From contig JAAOMT010000151.1 of assembly GCA_016748015.1 (NCBI GenBank), forward strand, positions 248,001-312,000: 64,000 bases of DNA. The letters run 5' to 3'. Below are positions 21,342 to 35,600 of this stretch, one piece after another; position 1 is the stretch's first letter, and the number at the start of each line of letters is the position of its first letter. A program made the translations under genes and the position numbers. The DNA comes from Geosiphon pyriformis uo1. Its lineage: Eukaryota; Fungi; Glomeromycota. Below the pieces are notes generated by a model. The model saw only the letters and a program-made list of their open reading frames with translations, searched no databases and was not told the DNA's origin.

Positions 21342-24240
21342 TGTAGTCCTGGTTGGCTTGAGTGACTAGTCATATATAAAAAAAGCATGATTTACACCTA
21401 ATATAGATCATTATTTTGATGTATTGTCACTAAACAGTGTTTAGACTTCACTCGTTAAATTAATAAAAAAAAAATAAAAAAACTAAATTGGGTCTTATAG
21501 CTAATAATAGAATAAAATACTACCAAAACCAAATATAAAAACTGTTTATTAGTAAAATGTTTTTTGTAATATATTTAAAACTAAATTGGTTAATTTTTTT
21601 AAATATCTATTTTTTAAATTTAGCAAATTGGTTTTTTTAATTTATTATTATATTTGTTTTATTTTTTGGTTTTTTGATTTTTTTAAAAATTAAAATATAT
21701 ATTTATTATATTTGAAGCTTAAATTAATTTAAATATTAAATTTAATGTTTTTAAAAAAATTGTTAATAATTTAAAAAATAAAATAATAAATTTTAAAATA
21801 AAATAAAATATAATATAAATAATAATAAAAATATAAATAAAAACTTAAATTTTTTTGTAAATAAAAAAAATTGCCAAAATAATAATGTTTTAAAAGATTT
21901 AAATTCTTAATATTAAATTAATATTAATAATATTACTATAAAATATTATTTATAAAAAATTTATTAGTATTATTATTAATATATAATTAATTAATTATAT
22001 AGTAAAATTAAAAAAATAACATAATATCAAAAATTTTAAGAATGTTAGAAATATTAAAAATTTTAAAAATACCAAAAAAAATGTTAAAAATACTAATAAC
22101 AATTAAAAAAAATGTAAAAATAATTAAAAATACCAAAATATTTTGTATTATTAAAAAATATATATATAATTAAATCTTTATAAAAAAACTTTTAATAGAA
22201 AAACAATCTCTTACAAAGAACATTTTTTTATAGAACTAATTAATTAATTAACAATTTTTTTATATATAAAACAATATATAAAGAAACAAAAACAAAAAAA
22301 AAAACTTCTTTCTTTCTTTTGTTTTAAATTTTTAAAAAAGAGTCAAAAAAGTTTTTTTTGAAAGAGGTTTTTCACCATTTAGTACAATAAATCCAAACTA
22401 TTTTTGCTTGATTATAAAGCCATTATTGGTCTTAATATTGCTGTTATAAAGAAAGCTATTAAAAACTCTGGCTTTAGTAATGGTTTTAAGTTTATCATGT
22501 TAAAAAAAAAGAGAAAAGATAGTGTTTTAGAAGATAATATTAGTAATGAAAAAGATTCAGCTAAGATGCAAAGTGGTTGTTTATGGAATTCAAAGACTGA
22601 TAACACCACCAAGTCTAATAATGTAAATATGAAAAAAGAATGTTTGATAGAAAAAACCAGTTTTGATTATGGTAAAAGTGGTGTTATTAATGAAGAAAAT
22701 CCTAATCAAATACTTAAAAGTTTGTAAATTAAAACCAAGAAAGCATTTGGCAAGCCATTGGGAAAAATTAATTTTTCAATTAGTGGTAATGATGACAAAG
22801 TTCTTTCAAATGCTCTACTAGAATTCCTCTCTTTTTTGAAAATTTTGGTTAATATTTTGGTTAAAAAGTCATTTGTTTTAGATATTGGCTTGGATAAGGT
22901 GATTGGAAAATTTTCTCAAAAGAAGCTAGTGATAATTAAGAAATTGTTTTCAAAAGTCAATGGTTTTGGAGGGGCCTCTACTTTCTCAAAATTTTCTGGG
23001 ATCATTTGAATGATGTTCACTTCTGAATTGAGATTGGCTCAAGCTTTTGATATAATAAAAATAACAAAAATCTTGGTAAACACTGATTTTAAAAAATCTG
23101 TTGAGCATTTAGATTAAACTGTGGTGATAAAAAAAATACCAGTTGGAACATTGGCTGAGACTGTGCACACTGTGCTATCTAAGTTTGAGATAATTAATTG
23201 ATTAAGATGCAGTTGGTAGAACTTTGGCAAAAGACTGTGATTAAGTTTGAACAATCAGATCATGTTGATTTGGTTGTAGCAAAGTGGTCTATCTTAATTA
23301 GGAAAGATATTATATGTGTTGCTAGATCTGATAAAGACAAAGAATTTTGAGATATAAAAGATAATCATAGGGTGCTGCTTTATACTTTGCTTTTGAGGAT
23401 CAATACACATAATATTTGGAATTATGTTAGCTTAGTGGATGAAAAGACTTGTTTTATTGATCATTATTTAATTATTTATGCTTAGACCAAATGTGTGATT
23501 GTTTGTTTTGACTTTATAGCCTTTCTGAATGTCATTATAAAAACCACATCTGTATTACAGAATGTCAATTTATGTTGGTCTCAATTGGGCTTTGCCAAAT
23601 ATGCTAAGTATAAAAAATTAAATCACATATTTTTGGGCTGTGTTTCTAATAGAAAAAATTCTTTTGGCACTCCTTCTTACAAGATGCTATCTGAAGTGGA
23701 TAAAAACAGGCTGGTTTTTATTTATATCAAGTGTTTGGCTTCTATTGTTTGTCCTGTTTCTTTTGGTGGTGCTTTTTAGACAAAAATTATTGGTGGGTCT
23801 TCTTTTTTTTCTCTCTCTGTACATAATAGTTTGGCTTATTCTGGTTCTTCTTTAGAGATAAAATCTTTTCTGCCTGTTGTCAATAAGTTGGAATTACATT
23901 TAGTGAATATTGAAAACAGTTTTATCAGTCTTGTAGAACAAATTAGTAAGTTGGCTAAGAGATTAAAATTACTCATGCTAACAGTTTCTCAGTCTAGCCC
24001 TGAATGTTAACTGTTGATAACCCCCTTATCACAGGATCAAGTGAGCAATATAGTAATGAAAGAGAGCTTGAGTGAGACTACTGGTGGTAAGATTGCTACA
24101 ATTTTGGACTTTTTTGTCTCTTTTAAGGTAAAAAAACTAGAAAACATGCTAGATGGACTTTCTGCTTTAGTGCTAAGTCTATCAGTGTGATTAAATAGTT
24201 TAGTCTTGGCTGGTAGTATATTTTTCAAATATCTTCTTTA

Positions 24241-27200
24241 ATGACCAGTCTAATTTGAAAAATTGACACATACAATATTAGAAATATAATAAATTTGGCT
24301 AAGCAGAAAGATATTATTCATTGGCATCTGGAATCTGGTAATATGGTTTTTATTTTTATTGAGACCAAGTTAAAACCAAATGCTGAGTCTTGGATTAAGG
24401 ACAAGTTTGAAAGAGTTTGGATTTTTACTTCTGATATAGAAGAAAATTTTCTTAGTGCAGGTGTGGCTATTGTAATAAACTGTTCTCTAGCTCAATATGT
24501 TTCAAAGATTGAAAAAATTTCTGGTCATGCTATTTCTGTTTGTTTATTGTTTAAAAATAAGTTTTTGGTTATGTTTCTGGGTTTATATGCTGAGGTTTTA
24601 GCCAAAACACAATTTGTCCAAGCTTTAAATGTTAATTCACTGATTGTCAAAGCTGTTAATATGAGTTTATTTGTGGTTCTTGGTGGTAATTTTAACAAAG
24701 ATGAGGCTAAAAAGAGTACAAGTTTTAAAAAATGTTCAGATTTGGGACTGGTCAACTCATTGGGTGGCCATTTCTTAAGTAAATTACTTAAAGCAATTTA
24801 AGAGAGATTAAGAAAGATATTAATTATGTTTTTATAAGCAAAAATTTATTTTCAGCTATTGCTGGATGTAAAGTTGGTTCTGAATTCGAATTTTTTGATA
24901 CTAATCATAATATAATTGGGGTTTTAGTTGAATTGAGAGGTTTAATGAATGTTTATCTGATCAGTATTTGAAAACAGACTAATAAAGACCATTAGAAATT
25001 TAGATTAAAGGGTGTAAATAAGGCCAAGTGGGTGCAATTTAAGAAATGTTCTTCTGCTCTGTTGTCTATATCTTTGGATTCTTTCACAGTTGCAAAGGAT
25101 AATGGAGATCTGAACAAGATGTGAGAGATGTTGAAAAGTGCTATATGTGATTTAGCTAATAAGACATTTTCTAAGCATTGGTTTTGTAAATATAATTGCT
25201 TAAAAAACAAGCAATCTTCAAAATTTTTCAAGTTGGAATTATTGGTTGCTAAGTTAATAAAGTGTTTGAGTTCAGGTATAATGGCTGAGTTTGATCATCT
25301 TGTTTGAGTTTGGATAACTCTTGATAGTGTTAAGGCTTCTAAGATTGTTGTTTTACTCCAGAGTGGTTTTAAGTTAGCTAATTTGTGTGAACATTTGTTA
25401 AAAGTCAAGAAGAGTTATCAGAAATCCAAGTTTTATGAAGCTGAGCTTGTTAAGAGTAAGTTTATTAAGAATGTTATTAATAAGCAAATAAAGAGCTTTA
25501 TCTTAAATAAAAGTGGTATGATCAGAAATGTCTTGAAATGTTCATTTCACAAAGTTGTTTTGGATTATTTAGTAATTAATAATGAGCTAATTTTGAAGTC
25601 TGAAGAGGTTAAGTTTAAGATAAATGAAATCATGGTGAGTTGAACTTGTAAGTGAGAAGTTTTTTCTTTTGTGCCAGATTTGTGAACTTGACAATATGTC
25701 CCTTTGGTTTATGTGGATAATAATGCTTTTTCAAGTATAATAAGTGAAATTAGTTTGGATGAGTTTTTATTAGTGGTTAGTGAGTTACCAGATGGCAAAG
25801 CAGCTGGTTTTTCTGACATAACTAATAAATTGTGGAAGCATTATGGTGATAATATATTGGCTTGTCTTCTAGATTTGCTTAATTCTTGTTTGTCAATTGG
25901 TAATATTTCTGGTTCTTGAAAGAAGACTTGGGTTTCTATGATTCTCAAGCCCTATAATTGGAATAATATTCTAACTAATACCAGGCCTATTGCTCTATTG
26001 GAAACTGCAAGGAAGATTCTGTCCAAGATTCTGTTTGATTGGATCTCATCTATTTATAGCAAGTCTGATATTTTCTATGGTGATAACTTCTCTGTCTTAA
26101 GAGGCACTTCAACTTAGTCTCTTGTGTTTGCTGTTAACTCAGTGGTAGAAAATACCTTAAAAAAGAGTCAAAAAATCTGGCTGGTTTTGCAAAACATGTG
26201 CAAAATATATGATTTAGTTAGGTGGCATTATTTGAGATCCAGTCTGGAATACATCAAGATATGTGGCAAGTTTATAAATTTTTTTGGAAATATTTATAAA
26301 AACAGAATTAATAAGATAATAATAGATTTTGGTGTTTCAGACAACTATGTAATTCATAACAGATTGGATCAAGGTGAGATATTTTTTTCTCTTCTTTGAA
26401 GAATTTTTTATGATCCTTTGTTGTGTAAAGTTAAAAAGCAAAAACAACTGTATGGTTATAAGATCAACTCCAAATTTGTGACGAAAATTGGTAATATTAA
26501 GAATTATGATGGTGAGTCTTCCTTCTTTGCAGCTGACACTTTTGTTGATAATATAATATAGGTAGGCAATAATCAAGCTTTAATACAATACATTTTGAAC
26601 ATTGCTAGTGAATTTTATAAGCTTAATAATATTTTGATTAACAATAACAAGACAGTCATGATTCTTATTAACCAGAAAGTTGTGGATACTACTTTGTGTA
26701 TTAGTGATTAACTTATTTCCATGGCAAAAAAAAGAGAAATTCATAGATATTTGAATATTTTTTTGTCTATAAAGAGTCTATTCAAACCAAGTCTTGCTAA
26801 GACTCATGCAGATATTAGATTTTTTTCAAATATAGTTCTTAGGAAGGGAGTGTTATATAAGCAGTTCTTTTATTTAGTTTTGACAGTTTTTTAGTCTATT
26901 ATCAGTTATTGTGCACAGTTCAGTTTTATTGCCAAGAATGTGTGTTAAAAGTGAAATGTTTTGATAAAAAAAGGGCTTAAGTCTAAAGTCTTATTGCTGA
27001 GAAATTTCTTCAATAAAGCCTTGTATTATCCATTTTTTTATAATTTGAAACTCTTTAAACAGATGCAAACTGAAGCTAAGATTGCATCAGTTATTAAATT
27101 TTCCAATATCTCTGAGATTCTTGGCTATTTGTTTGTACATTATGCTTTGGACTTGCAAGTTTTAGAGTGGACACTATTGAATTCTTTGTATTGTTTAGTC

Positions 27201-28026
27201 AAATTAAAAGTCAATCTATTGAACAATTTCCTGGCAGAAATTGTGAGAATTTTTTTGAATGTAAATATGTCTCTGGCCAATGACATACTTTGTGCATTTT
27301 ATGATCCTGGTTATTTTCCAATGTCTGAGATCTTAGAAACTACTTACTATTTTGATGTGATACATTCTTTAAAGTATTTTAGTATTGTCTTTGATGATTG
27401 TCTGGTTATGAAACATGGCCTTATCATAGATTGGAGAACTTTCCAGTGTTGAAAAAATTAAGCCCTAAGAGTCTGGTGCTGGCTTGGTTTAGTAAAACTT
27501 TGATGTATATAAACAATTGTTTAGTAGAATTTGGTGGCCATTTTGTTATTTCAGCCAGTTCTAGTTTTTTTTATTTAAGTAATTTTGTGAATGTTTGTAA
27601 AAGCTTGCATGGAATTTGGACTGGGGAGTTGAATGTCTACACTGATGATTTATTGAGTAATCTAAGTATAAAAAATATAGTTTGTGGAGCAGCAACTTAT
27701 TTCTCTAAGATTGATATGGGTGTAAATATTGAAGTACAAGATTTGTTGTCTTCTATATTGGTAGAATTGCAGATGATAGTCTTGGCATTGGAATGCATTT
27801 TCTCATTTTGTTTAGTTATTCTACACACAAATAGCCAAGTAGCTTTGGCCACATGTTTGTCAAAATATAAGCTGAGTCAGCTTGATGTTCAGAATTAGTG
27901 CTGGATAGAATAGCATTATATTGCTAATTTGATTAGATTAAAAGACATTTCAGTAAGATAAGTTAAGATGAAAGAGCACTTAGGTGTTGTTGGTAATAAT
28001 TATGCAAATGCTTTAGCTTGTGCTGT
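24241..28026 (+). pseudogene. LINE-2 ORF2, 5' part (APE, RT, RNase H)
   Basis: KQKDIIHWH..ETKL..GGNFN; LPDGKAAG; RLDQGE; VYTDD..ELQ..NSQ. Confidence 0.88.
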
Positions 28027-28920
28027 TGTTACAAGTAATTATTTCTGCTGTTGAATTAAATAACAAACTCATAACTTGGTGCTTAAAAGCTACTTCCATT
28101 GATGATGTCTTATAAGTGTTATATCAGAAGGTTTTGTATCTGAAAGTTTTGATGGAGTCTTTTGTATAATGGACAGAGATTCAATAGTGTCGATAGTAGA
28201 TGTATCTTTCCAAGAGTTTTTCCAATTTCTTTCTCAGCATGGTGGCCAGATTTAGTCTGGCAGTCGTGCCCTTCTGGTAAGCTATCTGATAATATATAAA
28301 ATCCTACCCTTATTTCTGGGTCTTTTACCAGGCTATCCTTGACATCAATAACTTAGCACTTAATCTCTTAATCAATTAGTATACAACAACAAAATCAAAG
28401 AAAGAAAGAAAATAAAATAAAATAAAGAAAATAAAATAAGAAAATAGAGAAAATAAGCCAAGGCAATTTGGTACATTAATATCTCATCAATAGCCATGAT
28501 CAAGAGCTATTGTTTCAGTGTGATTAAGTATCAATTACTATCAACATAAAGTATTAATAGTGGAGAGTGGTTTTGAGATATGAAATATTTATTTATTTGA
28601 TGATTTGTGTTTCTGGGCTAAGGATTCTGTTGTATCAATTCTGTCTTTTCTGTTTTTAACACTACTGTTATATATACATAATTGAGATTCCTCAATTTTT
28701 CACGATAGGAATCCTGGAATTCCTAGAATTCTGCGATTCCTATGAGAGGAATCCTAGAATTCTGGAATCCTGCAATTCCTCATCGAGGAATCCTAAAATT
28801 CCTGAAATTCTTGGAATCCTGCAATTCCTGAGAGGAATCCTGAAATTCCACATTTACTACGCCTACTTCTAATTGGCTAATAATCATGCTAATATATTTC
28901 CTATATTTCTATGAGTAACA
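28027..28920 (-). repeat. 3' LTR of Gypsy B
   Basis: Direct repeat of 37300-38175. Confidence 0.95.
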
Positions 28921-28933
28921 TTATTCTCTCTTT

Positions 28934-29563
28934 TTAATATTGAGCTCTGTTGAAATTCAACTCATTTAATTCCTCCTCTTGTAGTATTTTCTGGATTTTG
29001 TTTTCAAGAATTACTTGTGTTATTTGGGTCTGTAATTCTTCAAATTGAGCTTTGGTAATCTTTCCCAATTGATTACTGGTAACCATATCCATTCCTTTGC
29101 TATGCAATATTTCTGGTCTATCCTGAAATGCTGTGTGTATTCAGTATATGGCTTGGGCCTGTGTAGCTAAGTTGTTCTTTCCCACAAAATGTTCTAATTG
29201 TTGTAGTATTCTTTTGTCGAATAATCACTTTGTTTTATCTGTATATAGATTCTGGATATTTATGTGTTGCCCCAAATAAAAGTAACAATAATTTCTTGGA
29301 AATTGTTGTATCCATCAATTCCAAGTTTCTTTAGTCAGCTCTTGATATAGTGCCTCTTTTGTTGACTCTTTTATTGCTAATTTTACTTTCGCAATGATTT
29401 TATCCACCATATTTTCAGTTTTTTTCTTTGTTCTGAGTTGTAATGTCTTTCTAGTATCTTGATATCGAATGGTTTGTTGATTGATTGTAATCTCCATTTC
29501 CTGGTGTTGGATCAATTGAAAGAGTTGTTGTGCTAATGAGTGAATGTTGTCTGTAATTTCCAT
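28934..29563 (-). pseudogene. Gypsy B accessory ORF3 (~209 codons, 3 in-frame TGA)
   Basis: Manual read-through of ORF 29315-29563: ...TWN*WIQQFPRNYCYFYLGQHINIQNLYTDKTK*LFDKRILQQLEHFVGKNNLATQAQAIY*IHTAFQDRPEILHSKGMDMVTSNQLGKITKAQFEELQTQITQVILENKIQKILQEEELNELNFNRAQY. No frameshift. Confidence 0.8.
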
Positions 29564-29617
29564 TTTTCTGATATTTCCTGTCGCATCTATTGTGTCTTTA
29601 TATATTTTTTTGCTGAA

Positions 29618-32600
29618 TCAATTTAACGTGTTGTTGTTGATAATAATGATTGGTTCCAGATCTCGTGGAATCTCATCTGGTTGGACTAGTATTCTCTGTA
29701 CTTCTAATTGGAGAATATTACTGTGATATAGTTTCAGTCGATCTTTATGTGTCACTTTGATTAAAATTTTGTTATCTAATCTTAATTTATAAGCTCCATT
29801 TCCTAGAATTTCTTCTATGTGAAATGGTCCATCCCATTTGGGGTCAAATTTTCCACTCCATTGTTTTTCTGCTTTGGTACAATGTAGTAATACTTTGTCT
29901 CCAATCTTGAATTCAACTGGTTTGTCTGGTAGTTGACTATCATGTCTTTTTTTCTGTTTTTCTTGTGACTTTTGAATATTATCAGCTGCTCTTCTTTGTT
30001 TGTTTTCCAATGTTTCTATTAAGTCATATGTTCTTCTCAGCAATGTTTCTTGAGAATTTTCTTCTGTTATTGGTTCAGCTAGATATGTATTAATTTTTCT
30101 CTCTACTGGTAACATTGCTGTTCTTCCATACACTAATTCAAATGGTATTGCTTGTGTAGTATCTTGTTTTATTGTCCAATAAGCAAATAGTACTAATGGT
30201 ATGAACAAATCCCAATTATTCTGGTTTTCTTGGCTGAGCTTAGCTATTGCTTCACACAATGTTCTGTTGAATCTTTCTACTAATCCATTGGTTTGTGAAT
30301 GGTATGGTGATGATAATGGTCTCTTGATTCCGAATCTTTGGCTCAATTCTGTTAATGTTCTGTTCACAAAATGAGTTCTTTGGTCTGATAATAGTTCTTT
30401 TGGACATCCATGTTGACAAATCAAATCTTGATGAATGAATTTGACAACAGATTTTACATCTGCTCTTTGAATTGCTTTCACCTCTGGCCATTTAGTGAGA
30501 TAGTCCACAGTTACTGCTATGTATCTGTTTCCTTTGCTGGTAATTGTTAATGGTCTGACTAAATCAATTCCAATATGGTCAAATGGTTGTTCTACTTTGA
30601 TTGGTTTTAACGGTTCACTGGGTTTCATACCTCCTCTTCGCTGACAGGCATCACAATTTTGAACATATTGGATGATGTTTGGATACATTGATGGCCAATA
30701 GTATCTTTTTCTGGTTCTTTCCATGGTTGCTTCTTTATGAAAATGTCCTGCTGTTAGATTTGAGTGCATGTTGAATAATATTGTCTCTTTTTCTGGCTCT
30801 GTAATTACTCTGATTAGTTGATCTGAATCTTTTCTATTTTTCTAATAAAGTATATTTTGGTGAGTGATAAAATATTTTGATTGTTGTTTGATACTCTTTC
30901 GTTCCGTTTGAAATAAATTCTTCTTGAACTGTTGAGTGTTTATATAATGTTGAAGTTGTTGATATTTTTGTATGTTTATCTTTTGTTATATTTTTCGTTG
31001 GTATTGTTCTGGTTTTGTTATATTTTTGTGTTAAAATGTTCTTAGATTTGTTTTATTTGTGACAAACTGTCAGCATTTCCATTGTTTTTTCCTTTCTTAT
31101 AGTGTATAGTATAAGTATATCGTGATAGTACCATTTTCCATCTGGATTGACAGCCATCATCAAATTCTTGCTTTTGAAGTGATGTTAACCCTTTATGATC
31201 CATGTATATATCAAACTTTTGGCTCAAGTATTCATTTCACTTCATGACTGCCCAATAAATTGCTAAATGTTCTAATTTGGGTGTTCCATAGTTCTTTTCA
31301 GCTGGTGTTAGATCTTGGCTGGCATATACTACTGGATGTTCTCTGCCGTCTGGTCCCTTCTGAGATAGTACTGCTCCCAATGCTTGGCTGAATGCATTGG
31401 TGGTGATGATGAATGATTTGTTGTGATCTGGGTAGATCAGTACTAAAGCTTGAATGAGCTTTCTTTTCAGAATTTCAAAAGCTTTTTGTTGACTTTCTGT
31501 CCATTTATATTTGGTATTCTTGGTTTGTAGATTATTGAGCGGTTGAGTTATCTTTAAAAAGTTCTTTATAAAGTGTCAATAATAGCTTGTGAATCCCAAG
31601 AATGATTTCAATTCAGTTATATTGGTTGGTACTGGAAAGTTCTTTATTATCTCTATTTTCTCTGGATCCGTTTTGATGCCATCTTTGCTGACTATATGTC
31701 CCAAAAATTTTAGTTCTGTCTTGCCAAAGAAGCACTTTGTTGCATTTAACTTTAGTCCTGCTCTTTTCAGTCTTTCGAACACTTGTTGAAGATGATGAAG
31801 ATGATCATCAAATGTTTTTGAAAATACATTGGTGTTGTCCAAGTATACAACTACTGATTTTCACAATAAGCCAGTATAGACAATTTCCATTAGCCATTGG
31901 AAAGTGGCTGGTGTATTAGTTAAACTGAATGGCATTACTTCGAATTCAAAATTCTCTTCTCTTGTAGTAAATGTTGTCTTTTCTTTGTTGGCTGGATCCA
32001 TGGCTACTTGCTAGTAACCACTGTTCAAGTCTAATGTTGAGAACCATTTGTTCTTGCCAAAAGCATCAAATAGTTCTTGTATCCATGGAGTTGGATAGCT
32101 GTCTCCATGAATTACACTATTTAGTTTTCTGTAGTCCACACAAAATTGGATCTTTCTATTCTTCTTTTGGACAAGTACTACTGGTGATGACCATGGGCTC
32201 ATTGATGGCTGAATTAACCCATTGTCAAGCATCCAGTTGATCTCTTAACAAATGATTTCATGACTGGCTAGTGGTACTCTGTATGCTCGCTGTTTGATGG
32301 ACATTGTATTTCCAGTATTGATCTGATGCTAGATGATGTCAGTTCAGCCAAACTCATTTTCACTGGCAAAGATGTCATTGAACTGGTTGAACAACATCTT
32401 GAGTTGCATATGTTGGAGTGGATCTAAGTTTCCCATATTTATTTGTTCCAATTGTTCTGGTTGGAGCAAATAACATTCACTTTGTCCGTATATTGTTTGT
32501 AATGTGATATCAACATATCCACAAAGTTGTGGAAAGTCTGAAATGGGATTTGGTGATTAATCCTTCATTTTAGTGTTTAAGTATCCAATAATGGTTCCGG

Positions 32601-35600
32601 CTGGTATTTCTATGATATTTCCTGTATTATTATAGATGGGAATTTTGATATGGCTGTAATCTTTGGCTGGTATATAGAGATTGATAAGTCCAACTTCTCC
32701 TAATTCACAAAGACTGGCTTCTGCTTCAAAAATTTGTGCTTGGTCTTTTTCCTTTCTTTTTATTGCTAGCATGTACTGGTTATATGGTGAAATAGAAATA
32801 GCTTGACTGGTTGAGATAATTTCTCTTTGGCCAACAATTTTTTCCTCCACCATATTAACTGGTACATCTATTCTATCTGTTAATCTGAATCTCTGTATTC
32901 CTCTCACTGTTATTCCTAATTCCTTCCTTTTTTCTACTGATATTAACTAAGCTACTCTAACCAGAGGCAGGAATATTGCCTGTGCTATTTTTTTATTGGG
33001 CTCTATTATATAGGCTTTTTCTGAGTTATTTTGTAGCATAGTGATAATATTTTCTACATATCTCACATCAATTATTCCTCCTCTTATATTAATCCCTCTT
33101 TTTGCTAAACTACTCCTGGATGCTAATTGAACTATTGTTGTTGCCAGAATTTCTAGTGCTACCTTTAGATCAATGCAGGTGTGTGAATGTAGTTCCAATT
33201 TGATGGCTTCTGTTCCCGGATATCTCAGATCAAATCCTGCATCTATATCATGCACGTGTTCTGGCATAATACCTTCATTATTATTACTGAACCATTTCAG
33301 TTTTTGTTCCTTGGTGAGGTCAGAAAGTGCAATATATTGTTCATAGCTTGAGTCGAAGTTTGAATCTGAGTTGATATTATTGTTATTGTCATTGCTGTTT
33401 TGAATGAAGCTGGAGCCATTATTCTTGTTGTCATTGTTGTTGGGATTTGAATTGGGATTGAGTGGTGATTCCGACTCTGATGTGCAGCTGCTGATTGGTT
33501 CTTTCTCTTTGGAGATCATGTAGATCATGTGTGGTAGTGGATTGTTAATGAGGTCACAATTATCACAATATTCAAAGTCACTGGAAATTAAACAATGGTA
33601 ATACAGTCTTGTATTCAATTGTGCTAGCCATTGTTCTTGTTCTTCTCTAGTGAGTGCCAAGTTTTGGTAGTGTTCATGGAACTCTTCTGGTTCCAGAAAA
33701 TTTATGACTGGTTCTGCGTTCCAGTCAAGCTTGATAAGTTCTGGTGGGTTGTTTTTAATTGTTCTGATTTCTTTTGGTGATGCGCCTTCAATTTTGGTGG
33801 TTGCCATTTGCCATAATTTATCGTCATCGTGTAGACAACTGTTCAATTGCTGTACAGCTCTTCTTCAGGCGGCTTCTATGGATGTTCTTTTCTCGACCCA
33901 GTCACTGATGAGGATCGTGTATTGGCAGGACACATCGCATGTTCCTTCTCTTCCAGGAATGTTGTTCCACATTCCTTCATCTAACAGGATCTCCCCACAA
34001 GCGAAACAAGGTTGGCTATCCTATTTTCCTTGCCTTTTTGGTTGTCCAAAGCATTCGAGTAAGTATGAATGACAGTAGAACTTTGTTGTGGTGTGGTATT
34101 CCTTATCATCACCACAGCATGCACCCATTGATAACAGTTTCTTGCCGCAATCGATACACACAAGCTTTGGCCATCAATAATTGGATTGTTGTGGAGTGTA
34201 GTGGGTGTAAGAATTATAAATGGCGGTGGTTGGTGGTGTTCCTTCTTCCTTTTCCCTTATCTTTGTTCTATTCCCAACTAAAGGCTTCTTTTTGTTCATT
34301 GTCAGTCCAAGTCAGATCATCGGTTTCCCAGGTAAGTTTATTTGTCTGCTTTTTTTTCCCATTGTCATCCCAAGAGAGTATTGGTGGCAGCTTGTTGTGT
34401 TCTTCATTAGCCCACGACACTTGGTAAGCTTCCCAAATAGGTTTTGGTTTTTTTTTCTCGAAGTTGATTAGTAGTGCCATGATGTTGGTAGTCTTGAAGT
34501 GGCCACACGTTGCTGGTACTCACGTGTGTTGCCCGTTCTGGCTGAGTTGGAGCTCTTGTGTATTCCAGTCCAGAGTGGCATTTGTCTTGAACAGCCAGTC
34601 ATTACCAACTAGAGCTTGGTATTGGGTGGCTTCTATAACGAGTACTTTGATTGGTATTATGCTGCTGTTAATTTCGATTGGTAAGTCATTGATTTTGCCG
34701 ATTGGAGTCTTAGTCACTTTATCAGCCATGATGATTCTGGCACTAGCAGCTTGATCAACTCAGCAATTTAATTGATCTATGAGTTGTCATGTGATGATGC
34801 TGCCTGCTGAATCACTGTTAAGAATTAGTTTGATGTGATGGCCATCAATTTTCACATCAGTGTACATGGTGGTAATTGGTTTTTCTTCCAGTACAGCTCT
34901 ACTAAATAATGGTATGTTTGACAGTTCCTCAAGTTTGAATGGAAAAATGGCGTCCAGTGATTTGTCATTGGTGACTGTTGCTGGCAGAATATTGCTGGTA
35001 TGTGTTTGTTATTTTTGGGTGGGTTCCTGGTTGCTGGGTGAGGCATCTTCTGGGGTAATCAGGAGACTTAAATAGTTCTAAAAATTCGGGTTTTGGGGAT
35101 TCCTGGCATCTGAATTCTGTTGACGAGATCCTGTTTGACTGAAGGGGCTGGAGATCAGCTGATAAACTACTATCGACAATCTCCAGTTTTGCTGCATAAT
35201 TTTCGGTCTTTGGACTCTGCTGGCTGGTAAGTTTTGTGGTGGAGTTTGAATCATTTGGGGTTGATAGATTGTTGGCAGTTGTGGTTGATACATTACCTGT
35301 GGCTGTGGCTGATAAATTGGGGCCATTGGTTGATAAATTGGCACTTGATATACTGGTGGTTGATAAATTAATTGCTGCATTATTGGCAAGTAAGTAGTTT
35401 GATATTGTGTTGAGTTTGATTGATAATTCAGAGTTGAGAACCAGCGATCAGAGTTTCGATATTGATTTCCCGATTATTGGTTATTTAAACGCTAGTGGCA
35501 GTTAACTTGAATATGTCCTTGTTTACCACAATAGTGGCAGATATGCATTTCCTGTTGCCATTGTTGATTGGTTGATGAAGATAAACATAGTTGATTTTGG

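Larger units (their letters stand above)
14650..21474 (+). mobile_element. Full-length non-LTR retrotransposon LINE-1 (ORF1; APE-RT-RNase H-CCHC ORF2), defective
   Basis: Conserved 5' motif, two ORFs, conserved 3'UTR, A-rich tail, A-rich TSD ending AAACTA. Confidence 0.93.
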
